Assembly (NCBI RefSeq): GCF_044704955.1
Contig: NC_091995.1
Span: forward strand, 17,670,001-17,734,000
Origin: Pristiophorus japonicus
Taxonomy: Eukaryota
DNA length: 64,000 nucleotides
Reading direction: 5' to 3'
Shown here: one piece after another, positions 52,690 to 64,000 of the stretch
Layout of the letters: each line of letters begins with the position of its first letter
Position numbering within the stretch: the first letter of the stretch is position 1
Translations under genes and position numbers: made by a program
The notes under the pieces: generated by a model
Told to the model about the DNA's origin: nothing
What the model saw: the letters and a program-made list of their open reading frames with translations, nothing else
Databases searched by the model: none

Positions 52690-54015
52690 GAAGGAGCAGC
52701 AGGACAATTGGAAAATGATAATGCAGTCAAGCAGAGTCAGCATGGTTTTTTGAAAGGGAAATCTCGTTTGACAAATTTTCTGGAGTTCTTTGAGGATGTA
52801 AGGAGCAGGGTGGATAAAGGGGAACCTATGGATGTGGTGTATTTGGATTTCCAGAAAGCATTCGATGAGGTACCACATAAAAGGTTACTGCACAAAATAA
52901 AAGCTCACGGGGTTGTTGGTAATTTATTAGCATGGATAGCGGACTGGCTAACTAACAGAAAACAGAGAGGCAGGATAAATGGGTCATTTTTAGGTTGACA
53001 AACGTTAACTGGTGGGGTGCCACATGGATCGTAACTGGGTCCTCAACTATTTACAATCTATATTAATGACTTGGATGAAGGGACCGAGTATAATGTAGCC
53101 GAGTTTGCTTCTGAAAAAAAGATGGGTGGGAAAGCAAGTTGCGAAGAGCACACATATATTCTGCAAAGGGATATAGACAGGCTAAGTGAGTGGGCAAACG
53201 TTTCGCAGATGGAATATAATATAGGAAAGTGTGTGGCTATCTACTTTGGCAGGAAAAATAAAAAAACAAGTTATTATTTAAATGGAGAGACATTACAAAA
53301 TGCTGCAGTACAGAGGGCCCTATGGGTGCTTGTGCTTTAACACAAGAAGTCATGCAGTTACTACAATTAGTCAGGAATGCAAATGGAATGTTGGCCTTTA
53401 TTGCAAGGGGATGGAGTATAAAAGCAGAACGTCCTGCTACAACTGTACAAGGTATTGGTGAGACCACACTTAGAGTACATTTTGTTCTCCTTATTTAAGT
53501 AGCCAAAAACTTGTTTAGAGGTAATTCAGAGAAGGTTCACTACGATCATTCCTGAGATGAAGGGGTTGACTTATGAAGAAAGGTTGAGTAGGTTGTTTCT
53601 GTACTTATTGGAGTTTAGAAGAATGAGAGGTAATCTTATTGAAACTTATAAGATACTGATGGGGCTCAACAAGGTAAATGCAGAGAGGATGTTTCCACTC
53701 GTGGCGGAATCTAGAACTAGAGGGCATAGTTTAAGAATAAGGGGTCGCCTGTTTAGCATTAAGATCAGGAGATATTTCTTCTCTCAGGGGGTCGTATATC
53801 TGTAGAATTATCTGCCCCAGAGAACTGTGGAGGCTGGGTGACTGAATATATTTAAGGTGGAGCTAGTCAGATTTTTGAATGATAAGGGAGTGAAGGGTTA
53901 TGGGGAGCGGGCAGAGAAGTGAGCTGGGCACAAGATCAGATCAGCTATGATCTTAGGAAATGGCGAAGTAGGCTCGATGGGCGAAATGCGTCTGCTCCTA
54001 TTTCTTATGTTCTTA
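52690..54015 (+). mobile_element. CR1 RT + 3' UTR fragment
   Basis: SQHGFLKGKS, DFQKAFDEVPH, LEFRRMRGNLIE. Confidence 0.9.
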
Positions 54016-55289
54016 TTTTAAACATTCGCTCAAGACCTTTCATGATGTATTTCTGTTTAACACGATTTAAGAGAAATATGTTCTAGAATGTCCAAAACAA
54101 TTTTCGTTTTTGGAATGAAAATGATTCAATTGATATCTGTGGCTCAGTATGTAGCACCCACGTATCTGATTCAGAGGTGGTGGGATCAAGTGAAGCACAT
54201 AATTCCAAGCTGACATTCCAGTGCTGAGGGACCCCTGCACTGTTGGATGAGACATTATACCAAGGCCCCGTCTGCCCTCTCAGGTGGACATTAACGTTTC
54301 CAGGGCATGATTGCGAATAAGAGCAGTGGAGTTATCTCCGGTTTCCTGGCCAATAATTGCCCCTCAATCAACATAACAAAAACAGATTATCTGGTCAATG
54401 TCACATTTCTGTTTGTGTGAGATTGTTGTGCACATGTGGCTGCCACGTTTCCTGCATTACAACAGTGACTACACTTCAAAAGTACTTCAGTGGCTGTAAA
54501 GCAGTTTGGGACATTGAGCGTTCATCAAAGGAGCTACAGTAAATGCAATCTTTCTTTTTGTAGTTTAGGCTGGTTTCAAGACGTTTGTAGTATTTATCTG
54601 TGTTAATCTGACACTATCTCTCAATTATATAACTGATGATTGCAGTATCTTCATAGCAATCCTATTTTGAGGAACACGACCAGATTATCTGTCGCATCCG
54701 TATCAGTTCAATTATTTAACTCTGAGCTGCATATAATAAACACAAGGATGGATTTTCACAGGGGTATCTCCCACCCTAACATCAGCAGAAATTCTTCGAA
54801 AACCCTGGAGGCTCAGTGTAAACTAACCCAGAGTGTCAATCCATCTCTATTTCAATTTTTTAAAATTACGGTACTTCAGAATTGTTAATATCACCCTTTT
54901 GAGGCATGGCATGTGTATTAGTCATGTCGTGATGCGTTAAGTAGGAATTAATGATGGTAGCACTTAATTTGACTTAGCAAGAGCTGATGAATATAAATAT
55001 CCCTGATCACAAAGACTGTGTTTACGGCCATCGTTAAGTATGGCCCAATTAGTTCTTTGCAAATGTACTACAGAGCTCAAAGTAGTCTCAGTTTATAGAT
55101 ATAAAATAAGTTAGCACATGGCATAATACCACAAGTTTTCCCCTGTAAGTAGAATCGCTTAGATTTTCCTTGCAGGTTCTTCTCATCTCGCAGAAGATCC
55201 AGAGAAATCTTAGCAAAGCAATAAACCTGTAAGGAGAAAGCTCGAACTGGAACTGGTTTACAATTTTAAGTAAAATAGCTGGATGCTTT

Positions 55290-56110
55290 TGGAGGAAATA
55301 CCAATTCAATATTGGGAAGACGGAAACCATTGTCTTTGGTCCCCCCACAAACTTCGCTCCCTCGCCACCGACTCAATTCCTTTTGCCGGTAGCTCTCTGT
55401 TGTTGAACCAGACTGTTCCCAACTTTGCTGTCATATTCGACCCTGAAATGAGCTTCGACCGCATATCCACAGCATAATTAATACAACTTATTTCCACCTT
55501 CGAACATCGCCCGTCTCTGCCATTGCCTCATCCATGCCTTTGTTACTTCTGATCTTCACCATTCCAAAGCACTCCTGGCTGGCCACCCACAATTTATCCT
55601 ATGTAAATTTGAGGTCATCCAAAACTCGGCTGCTGATGTCCTAACTTGCAACAAATCTCGTTCACCCATCACCTCCTGTATTCGCTGACCTACATTGGCT
55701 CCCGGTTAAGCAACATCTCAATTTCAAAATTCTCATCTTTGTTTACAAATCCGTCCATGGTCTCTCCTCTCTCTGTCTCTGTAATCACCTCCAGCCTCAG
55801 AAACCACCAAGATATCTGTGCTCTTCAAATTCTGCTCTCTTGAGCATCTCTGATTGTAATAGCTCAACCCTCGGTGGCCGTGCCTTTAGCTGCCTAGGCC
55901 CTAAGCTCTGCAACTCCCTCTGCAAACATTATTGCCTTTCTACCTCTCTTTCTTCTTTGAAACCTATCGATTTGACCAAGCTTTTGGTCATTTACCGTAA
56001 TGTTTTCTTAAGCTACTCGGTAGCAAATATTTTTCTGATAATATCACTGTGAAATGCCTTGGGACGTTATACTATGTTAAGTGAACTATATAAATACAAG
56101 TTCTTGTTGT
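55290..56110 (+). mobile_element. L2-like LINE 3' fragment
   Basis: Homologous to 2075-2740 and ends with a TTGTT-type tail. Confidence 0.7.
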
Positions 56111-57231
56111 GTTTCATTAGACACCCTGAGCACTTTGCAGACCCATTTCATTGCATTTTAAATGACTTGGGAGCAGATATTCTCCTCTCCCCGCTTTAAA
56201 ACACTTAACTTTGGGAGGGAGCTCGCCTTTATCAAACACATTCGCAGCTCAGATCCACAATTAAAGGAGCCATTCTGTCCAGTTCTGCTTGAACATCAGA
56301 ACATAAGAAATAGGAGCAGGAGTCAGCCATTCGTCCCCTCGAGCCTGCTCCGCCATTCAAAGGATCATGGCTGACCTTCCACCTCAACTCAACAATCTCC
56401 ATATCCCTTGATTCCCCAAGAGTCAGCCTTAGCTATACTCAACAACTCAGCATCCACAGCCCTCTGGGGAAGAGGTCTCCAAACATTCACAACCCTCTGC
56501 GTGAAGACATTCCTCCTCATCTCAGTCCTAAATGGCCTACCCCTTATCCTGAGACAATGCCCCCTAGTTCGTGACTCTCCAGCCAGGGGAAACAACTTCT
56601 CAGCATCTATCCTGTCAATCCCCTTCAAAATCTTGTATGTTTCATGCTTGGCTGGAACTCAAGTGCAGTTACCCGTGTCACATTGGTTACTTCAGTATGT
56701 CTGCATCCTACATTCACTAATGATAAACCTTCTTTAAACTCATTCATGGCATGTGGGCGTTGCATTTATTTATGTCACAAGGCCAGCATTTATCACCCAT
56801 GCCTAATAGCCCTTGAGTGGCTTGCTAGCCATTTCAGAGGGCAGTTAAGAGTCAAGGACGTTGCTGTGGGCCTGGAGTCAAATATAGGCCAGATCGTGTT
56901 AGGGCAGCAGATTACCTTCCCTAAAGGACTTTAGTAAACCAGATGAGTTTTTACGACAATCCTGTAGTTAAATGGTTACTGTTACTGATACCAGCTTTTT
57001 ATTCCAGATGTATTTAACTGAATTCAAATTCCCCAATGGCCATGGTGGGATTTGAACTCATGTCTTCAGATTATTAGTCCAGGCTTCTAGTAATGTCCAG
57101 TAACATTACCACTGTTCTACCGTACATCCATTTTATAGAACCAGAGTCTAATTGTGCTATATAATCATAAAATACATTTACATGCGTTCCAAACAATTAA
57201 TAATACATATATTGACATTCGCTACAATTAC

Positions 57232-57373
57232 CTCTTCTGATGGAAGCAGATAACGATGATGATTCCAAAAGTGGCCAGTAAAGCTATCACTACTGCACGA
57301 ACACGCCATAGTATCCAGACATCGCTGAAGAAGCTTATAGTCTCTTCGTTGCTCGTTACTTCACATTCATCAC
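57232..57373 (-). CDS. Stalk + transmembrane exon of activating-type NCR3-like receptor (Arg in TM)
   Basis: Acceptor aaatttcatag|GT, donor AAGAG|gtaatt, 142 bp, phase 1-2. Translates (C)DECEVTSNEETISFFSDVWILWRVRAVVIALLATFGIIIVICFHQK. In frame with the V exon at 59130-59471. Confidence 0.75.
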
Positions 57374-57529
57374 CTATGAAATTTTATAACAGATTTATAA
57401 ATTCTCTATATCTCTTTCTAGTCCAAGGCAATGAGCAACACAGTGGGGCTAAGACACCCTCTAATCTGAATGTTCGTTTTCATCATCCACGGCACTAACC
57501 TGGCAGGGTAGATTACTCATCCTTTAAAT

Positions 57530-58340
57530 CGTAGAATCTTAGCATTTTCTTACAGCACAGAAGGAGGCCATTTTAGCCCATTGTGTCAGTGCTGGCTGAC
57601 AAAGAGTTATCCAGCCTAATCTCACTTTTCCGCTCTTGGTCCGTAGCCTTGTAGGTTATGGAACATCCCGTTGTTATCCAGGTACGCTTTAAATCTGGTG
57701 ACGCTTTCTGCATCTACCACACTTTCAGGCAGTGAGTTCTAGACCTCCACCACCCTCTGGATGATAAAAGTCTGCCTCAAATCTTCTCTAAACCTCCTAA
57801 CAATTATTTAAAATCTATGCACCCTAATGCTTGTCCTTTCTGCTAATAGGTCCTTCGTATCCACTCTATCTAGGCTGCACATAATGTTATACACCTCAAT
57901 AAAGTCTCGAGGTGCTCCAAAGAGAACAACCCCAGCCTATCTAATCTTTCCTCAAAGCAAAATATCCAGCCCTGCCAACATCTTCATAAATCTCCTCTGT
58001 ACCCTCTCCAGTGCAATCATATCTTATTTGTAATGCGATGACCAGAGCTGCATCAGTGCTCTAGCTTTGGCTTAACTAGTATTTTATACAGTTGAGGCAT
58101 AACCTCCCTGCTCTTGTATTCAATGCCTCAGATAATAAAGGCATATATTACGTATGCCTTCTTAACCACCTTATTTACGTGTCCTGCTACCTTCAGGGAT
58201 TTGTGGACATGCATTCCAAAGTCCCTTTGTTCCTCTGCACTTCACAGTGTCTGACCATTTATTGTATATTCCCTTGCCTTGTTATACCTCCATAAATGCA
58301 TTACCTCACACCTCTGCAGATTAAATTACATTTGCCACTG
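57530..58340 (-). mobile_element. CR1 3' fragment in the V-TM intron
   Basis: Same family as the 1-1065 and 3590-4300 segments. Confidence 0.75.
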
Positions 58341-59129
58341 TTTTGACTACTTGTGTTTCATTCTATTAATTAGCGCCTAGGTGGTAAAAGTGAATATCTG
58401 TCCCGTTTCTTTTGTTGCCACACGTCACTTTTCAAAAAATAATCAAATATGAAGATTTGTTGCTTGGTGCCTTGCTTAATGTGCCAATCTCTGCAGTTTC
58501 CTCATCCCTTCATCACTGGCCCCTGTCTCTCATAAAGACTAGCCACATATCCGAGTTAGACAAAAACAGTTGCAATAGTACCTTGTTCAGATTAACGACG
58601 GACAAAGTAAAGGCAATTGCACAACTTCAGATCAATCATCTATTGTGGAAAAGATCCAACCTTAAGTTTGCAAGTGATGCCATGGAAGCATTGAGGTAGA
58701 TTATTGCATCCAATTCTGGGCAGAACACTTAAGAAATTGCGTCAAGTCCTTGACGGAGTTGCAGAGAAGATTTACCAGAAAGGTACCAGGGACGAGGGCA
58801 TTTCGGTCACCTGGAATATCCAAAGGACACAGTTTTAAGGTAATTGGTAAAAAAAAATAAGAGGGGGTGGGCGTGGGGCGGGGCGGTGTTATTTTTGTGT
58901 TATGCTCTCGGATGAACTGCCTGAAACTGCGATGGGTGCAGATTCAACACTAACTTTCAAAAGGGATTTGGATAAAAACATAAAAAGAAAGCCTTGGGGT
59001 CTTTATAATAACCAGGTTAAGGCGTGTGCTCAGCAATGTCACAAACAAGAGGGGGAGGGGGAGGGGGGATCGCAGGCTAAGCTCACCAAGAGTAGCTTTT
59101 TGGCTAGAAATGTTAAATAACAAAGTTAC

Positions 59130-59471
59130 AGTGTCTCACGATCAGGGTTGTGCCGATTCCGTATGCTTCACCGATTCCCATGAGCTCCACTTTACAAAGA
59201 TAGAAGCCCATATCTTCCGGTTTCAGCTGGATTATTCTAATCGACGCATTTTTCCTCTGGCGGAAATCCTCCTTACTTGCCCCCAGCACCCTGCCTCTGT
59301 ATTCTGCTGTATTGTTGGAAATTTCATTTCCCTGCTCGGAGCCTCGGTGCCACCTGTAGCCGCCGACTCCTGCGGTACCCTCATACGTGCAGACCAGATC
59401 CGCTGTCTGTCCCACGGTTTTGGTAAGAGATTGCGGCCTCTGAAATACTGTGATATCTCCAACAGTAACTG
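59130..59471 (-). CDS. NCR3: Intact NCR3/NKp30-like Ig V(J)-domain exon (342 bp, phase 1-1)
   Basis: Acceptor ttcacccatttatag|CA, donor CACT|gtaact (weak). Open frame AVTVGDITVFQRPQSLTKTVGQTADLVCTYEGTAGVGGYRWHRGSEQGNEISNNTAEYRGRVLGASKEDFRQRKNASIRIIQLKPEDMGFYLCKVELMGIGEAYGIGTTLIVRH. It has B-strand Cys, C-strand Trp, DxGxYxC and a J-like GxGTxLxV. EISNNTAEYRGRV and CKVELMGIG resemble NKp30 EVRNGTPEFRGRL and CRVEVLGLG. No leader exon was found in the window. Confidence 0.8.
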
Positions 59472-60559
59472 CTATAAATGGGTGAAGTAAATGAAATGCA
59501 AAGTAGGTGATGTGTTTGGCCTTTGAAATTATTGCTTCCTATATTAGACATGAAGGCTCACAGCATAAAGTTTTGGTTGAGGGTGGAGGGCGTTCCACGA
59601 CTCTCCAAATGGCAATTTTCAGGATACATTGTTAAAATATATTTAGAAAAACGTGTTAATGCAGTGAAATTGAGTGTATATAGCCTGTGTTGTTAATTGG
59701 TGCGATAAAGCCTGCAATGAGAAAATGTCCCTCAGTACATCGAAGATCAACCCTTTGTTACACTAACTCACTCCAAAGCATTTAATTGTAATCTGTGTAT
59801 CCCCAATATGGACTTCTATTGCACGTTGTATGAATTAGTTTTCAGACAAACACGTTGCTCTTGAATTTAGTTTACAATATCATTCTACTTTCATAGCTTG
59901 GAAGGAATAATGGTCGTGCAATTTATCTGTACCATTTAACACGAATTTCTCCCACCGCTCAATAACTACCTTATTTCAAGCCTAAAACGCTTATCTTTTC
60001 TCACATCTCGTCTCTTTCAATCATCTATTGGGGCAATAGCCAACCTTATGTTTCAGTTGATGTGATCAATGCATTGACTTAGATTATTGCGTCCAATTCT
60101 GGGCACTACACTTTAGAAAAATGCGTAAAGTCCCTGGAAGGGTTGCACAGGCTGGGTAATTGAATGTATTTAAGGTGGAGATGGACAGATTTTTGAAAGA
60201 GAAGGATGTAAAGGGTTATGGAGAACAGGCGGGATAGTGGAGTTGAGGCGAGGATCAGATCAGCCATGAGCTTCTTGAATGGCACAGCAGGCTCGAGCGG
60301 CTAAATGGCCAACTCCTGCTCCTATTTCTTATGATCTTATATGTCCGTATGTCCTGTTATATGAATCATTTCACATTTAGAAAGCTGTCCATTCTGTACA
60401 ATTGATTGTTTAATACCCGATTTGTTTATCCATATGCATATCACAAACATCTAAGAGCATTTAAATCTGACAAATGAAAAAATATAACAATGCATTACAA
60501 GAGTAGCTTGCTATATTTCCAATTTGTACTCTCATCTTGCAATTGGAAATCGACATAAC

Positions 60560-61085
60560 AGAAAATAACCGGAGATCACACTTTAGGAAAGACGTGAAGG
60601 CCTTAGAATGGGTGCAGGAAAGATTTAGAAGAATGATTCCAGGGATGAGGGACTTCAGATGCATGGATGGACTGGAGAAGCTGGTGTTGTTCTCCTTAGA
60701 GCAGAGAAGGTTGAGAGGAGATTTGAAAGAGGTTTTCAAGATCATGCGGGATCTGGACAGAATTGATTTAGAGAAACTGTTCCCAATGGCAGAAGGGTCG
60801 AGAACCAAAGGACACAGACTTAAAGTGATTGGCAGAAGAACCAAAGGCGACATGAGGAAAAACGTTTTCACACAGCCAGTGGTTAGGATCTGGAATGCAC
60901 TACCTAAAAGAATGGTGGAGGCAGAAACAATTGACTCTTTCCAAAGGGAATTAGATAAGTACGTGAATGAGCATTTTTTGCAGGACTACTGGTAAAGGAC
61001 GGGTGAGTAGAACTAGCTGACGTGGTCTTGCAGAGAGAGCCGGCACAGGCTCGTTCGGTCGAATGGCCTCCTTCTAAGCTGGCAT
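60560..61085 (+). mobile_element. CR1 3' fragment
   Basis: HFRKDVKALEWVQERFRRMIPG...RIWNALP. Confidence 0.85.
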
Positions 61086-61157
61086 TGTTCGCCTTAGAGC
61101 AGTGAAGGTTACGCGTAAATATAACTTCTAGGCTATAAATGTAAATAATAATTTTAT

Positions 61158-61497
61158 CAGTTTCCACTTTCACAGTTGTACCATTTCCGTATGTGGCACC
61201 TATTCCCATGATATCCAGTTCGCAAAAGTAGAACCCTGTATCTCCCGGTTTCAACTGGATTATTCTAATGGACGTGTTTTTACTCTGGCGGAAACCCTCT
61301 TCACTTGCCCCAAATATCCTGTCTCTGAATTCCGCTGTACTGTTGGAAACTTCAATTCAGTGTTTGGAGCCTCGATGCCACCTGTACCCGCTGATTCCCG
61401 TGGGACCCTCATGTGCAGACCAGGTCTGCTGTCTCTCCCACAATTTTGGTGAGAGATTGCAGGCTCTGAAGTATTGTGATGTTTCCAACAGTAACTG
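61158..61497 (-). pseudogene. NCR3-like V pseudo-exon
   Basis: Paralog of 59130-59471. Has a 2-bp deletion after the first Cys codon pair (TGC ACA T GAG), an in-frame TGA at 61357-61359, and donor GT mutated to AT (ACTG|ataaaa). C-terminal part reads DTGFYFCELDIMGIGATYGNGTTVKV. Confidence 0.85.
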
Positions 61498-61622
61498 CTG
61501 TAAATGGGTGAAAGAAATGAAATACAAAGTGGGGTTACTTCATTGCCCTTTGAAATTAGTGTTTCCTATGTGAGGCATGAAGGCTCACAGTGTTTAAATT
61601 GGTCTTTAACCCTTTACAAATT

Positions 61623-62400
61623 AGAACATAAGAACAAAAGAACATAAGAATTAGGAACAGGAGCAGGCCATCTAGCCCCTCGAGCCTGCTCCGCCATTCA
61701 ACAAGATCATGGCTGATCTGGCCATGGACTCAGTTCCACTTACCCGCCCGCTCCCCATAACCCTTAATTCCCTTATTGGTTAAAAATCTATCTATCTGTG
61801 ACTTGAATACATTCATTGAGCTAGCCTCAACTGCTTCCTTGGGCAGAGAATTCCACAGATTCACAACACTCTGGGAGAAGAAATTCCTTCTCAACTCGGT
61901 TTTAAATTGGCTCCCCCTTATTTTGAGGCTGTGCCCCCTAGTTCTCGTCTCCCCGACCAGTGGAAACAACCTCTCTGCCTCTATCTTGTCTATCCCTTTC
62001 ATTATTTTAAATGTTTCTATAAGATCACCCCTCATCCTTCTGAACTCCAACGAGTAATGACCCAGTCTACTCAATCTATCATCATAAGGTAACCCCCTCA
62101 TCTCCGGAATCAGCCTAGTGAATCGTTTCTGTACCCTCTCCAAAGCTAGTATATCCTTCCTTAAGTAAGGTGACCAAAACTGCATGCAGTACTCCAGGTG
62201 CGGCCTCACCAATACCCAATACAGTTGCAGAAGGACCTCCCTGCTTTTGTACTCCATCCCTCTCGCAATGAAGGCCAACATTCCATTCGTCTTGCTGATT
62301 ACCTGTTGCACCTGCAGTATGTTGTAATTTCTCCCCATTCAAATAGTACTGCCTTTTACTGTTTTTTTTTCCGTAGGTGGATGATCTCACACTTTCTGAC
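61623..62400 (-). mobile_element. CR1 3' fragment with (CATAAGAA)n tail, same subfamily as the 31890 element
   Basis: 202-aa ORF LVRPHLEYCMQFWSPYLRKD...; interrupts the duplicated intron of the 61-kb V exon. Confidence 0.9.
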
Positions 62401-63199
62401 ATTCCGAAATTTCCAAAATTACAAGTATTGTTTAGATTTAGCCAGGAGTGTGTTCCGCTGCTCTGCCAAATGACAATTTTCAGGATACATTGTTCAGATT
62501 TATTTAGAAAAACGCGGATATTAATGCAGTATATGGCTGTATATGGTTTTGTTAGTTGGTGCGATAAAGCATGGCACGAAATTGAGTTAAAGTGCCTGTA
62601 ACAAGAAAATGTCCCTCAGCCCATCAAAGATCAACTCTTCAAAGATCAACACTGACTCCCACCATGGCATTTCATTATATTCTGTGTATCCCCAATATTG
62701 ACCTATATTGCTCACTGTATGAAACATGACGTTTTCAGACAAACACGTTATTCTTGATTTTAGTTTAAAATGTCCTTTTTCACTATTCTTCATTGATCGA
62801 TCTGATTCTACTGTCATGGCTTCGAAGGAATAATTGGCATGCGATTTATCTGTACCATTGAACACGAATTTCTGCCCCAGCTCACGAACGACCTTATTTC
62901 AAGACTGAAACACTCATGCGTCGCTTATCTTTTCTCATGTCTCATCTCTTTACACTTCGGAGAGGTTTTGTTGCTCGTCGAGGCACCCTTTCCAGTCCAG
63001 ATATATTTCTATGCCACAGTGAAAAGAGCTAAAATTAGGATTCTAAGAATAGTTGACTCGTGTATTTCGAGCCTTAGCACGGCGATCTGACGACATCATG
63101 GCTCTATATTCTAACACTTTGTTAGTGCTTAAAAAATTTGCTTCGTTACATCTACATATATATATATATATATATATAAATCGACTATTACTCATCATA

Positions 63200-63760
63200 T
63201 TATGAACAACAACAACTTGTATTACTATCGTGCTTTTAACGTAGTAAAACATCCCAAGGCGCTTCACAGGAGTATTATAAGACAAAACGATTGACACAAA
63301 GCCACATAAGGAGAAATTAGGGCAAGTGACCAAAAGATTATTCAAAGATATAGATTTTAAGGAGCGCTTAAAGGAGGAAAGGAATGTAGAGAGGTGGTGA
63401 CATTTAGGAAGGGAGCTCCAGAGCTTACGGCCTAGACAACAGAAGGCACAGCCACCAACGGTTGATCGATTATAATCGGGGATGCTCAAGAATGTGAGGA
63501 GTGCAGATATCTCATGGGGTTGTGGGGCTGGAGGAGATTTCAGAGAGAGGGAGGGTGAGATCATGGAGGGAATTGAAAACAAAGATAAGAATTTGGAAAT
63601 CATGGCGTTGCTTAACTGGGAGCCAATATAGGTCAGCGGGCACAGTGGCTGATTGGTGAGAGTTAGGATACAGGCAGCCGAGTTTCGGATCAGCTCTAGT
63701 TTACACAGGGTTACATATGGGAGGCCAGTCAGGGGTGTGTTGGAATAGCCAAGTCTAGAG
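63200..63760 (-). mobile_element. L2-like LINE 3' fragment
   Basis: Reverse-complement homolog of 2075-2740. A (TA)n microsatellite is adjacent at 63156-63178. Confidence 0.7.
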
Positions 63761-64000
63761 GTCCCGTCAGAATTAAGGAATAGAGAGGAATAGGAAATGA
63801 TTTTAAGAAATTGTTCATATCTGTATTATTTTAAAATTTTGATTAATTCCTTGCAATTTGGTGCCACTCACTTGGAATAGGCTTCAAGCCTGATTTCCGA
63901 TAGGGCTTGCTAAACAATAAATGATCAGTGATCATTATGCCTGTCTGTATTTGAAATCGGCACATTTCAACAACTGTACAGGGCATTGGCAAGACAACAC

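Noticed and set aside
55088-55226. Alternative terminal exon for the activating receptor (acceptor tttctccttacag)
   Set aside because: The phase-2 translation is hydrophobic, unlike a cytoplasmic tail, and has no motif support. It cannot be excluded without cDNA.
61586-61624. RSS-like CACAGTG + 23 bp + ACAAATTAG near the 61-kb V exon
   Set aside because: The nonamer matches only 5/9, lies about 90 bp into the intron, and is not conserved in the paralog at about 59558. The V exons are already VJ-joined.

Overview
Vertebrate genomic DNA, very likely from a cartilaginous fish (inferred from CR1 LINEs with (CATAGAAA)n/(CATAAGAA)n tails and DeuSINE/SacSINE1-like SINEs). Most of the window is retroelements: CR1, L2-like, RTE, one Gypsy fragment, SINEs and MITE-like hairpins. 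Embedded on the minus strand is a cluster of NCR3/NKp30-like VJ-type Ig exons. One is intact (59130-59471) and three are pseudo-exons (61158-61497, 31168-31486, 28616-28957). Two different signalling modules follow them. The first is a transmembrane exon with a CxxC stalk and an Arg at the TM start (57232-57373, activating type). The second is a neutral TM exon plus cytoplasmic micro-exons ending in two ITIMs (25328 to 21596, inhibitory type). The cytoplasmic exon needed to keep the inhibitory tail in frame (phase 1 to 0, carrying a third ITIM-like motif SLYSNL) is present, but on the opposite strand (22690-22745, +). This suggests a micro-inversion or a local mis-assembly. Other points are a template-switch inverted duplication with an ancestral paralog in the same window, a 46-bp minisatellite of CRE-like motifs, and an orphan signal-peptide exon. 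Exon boundaries were read manually and repeat boundaries are approximate.
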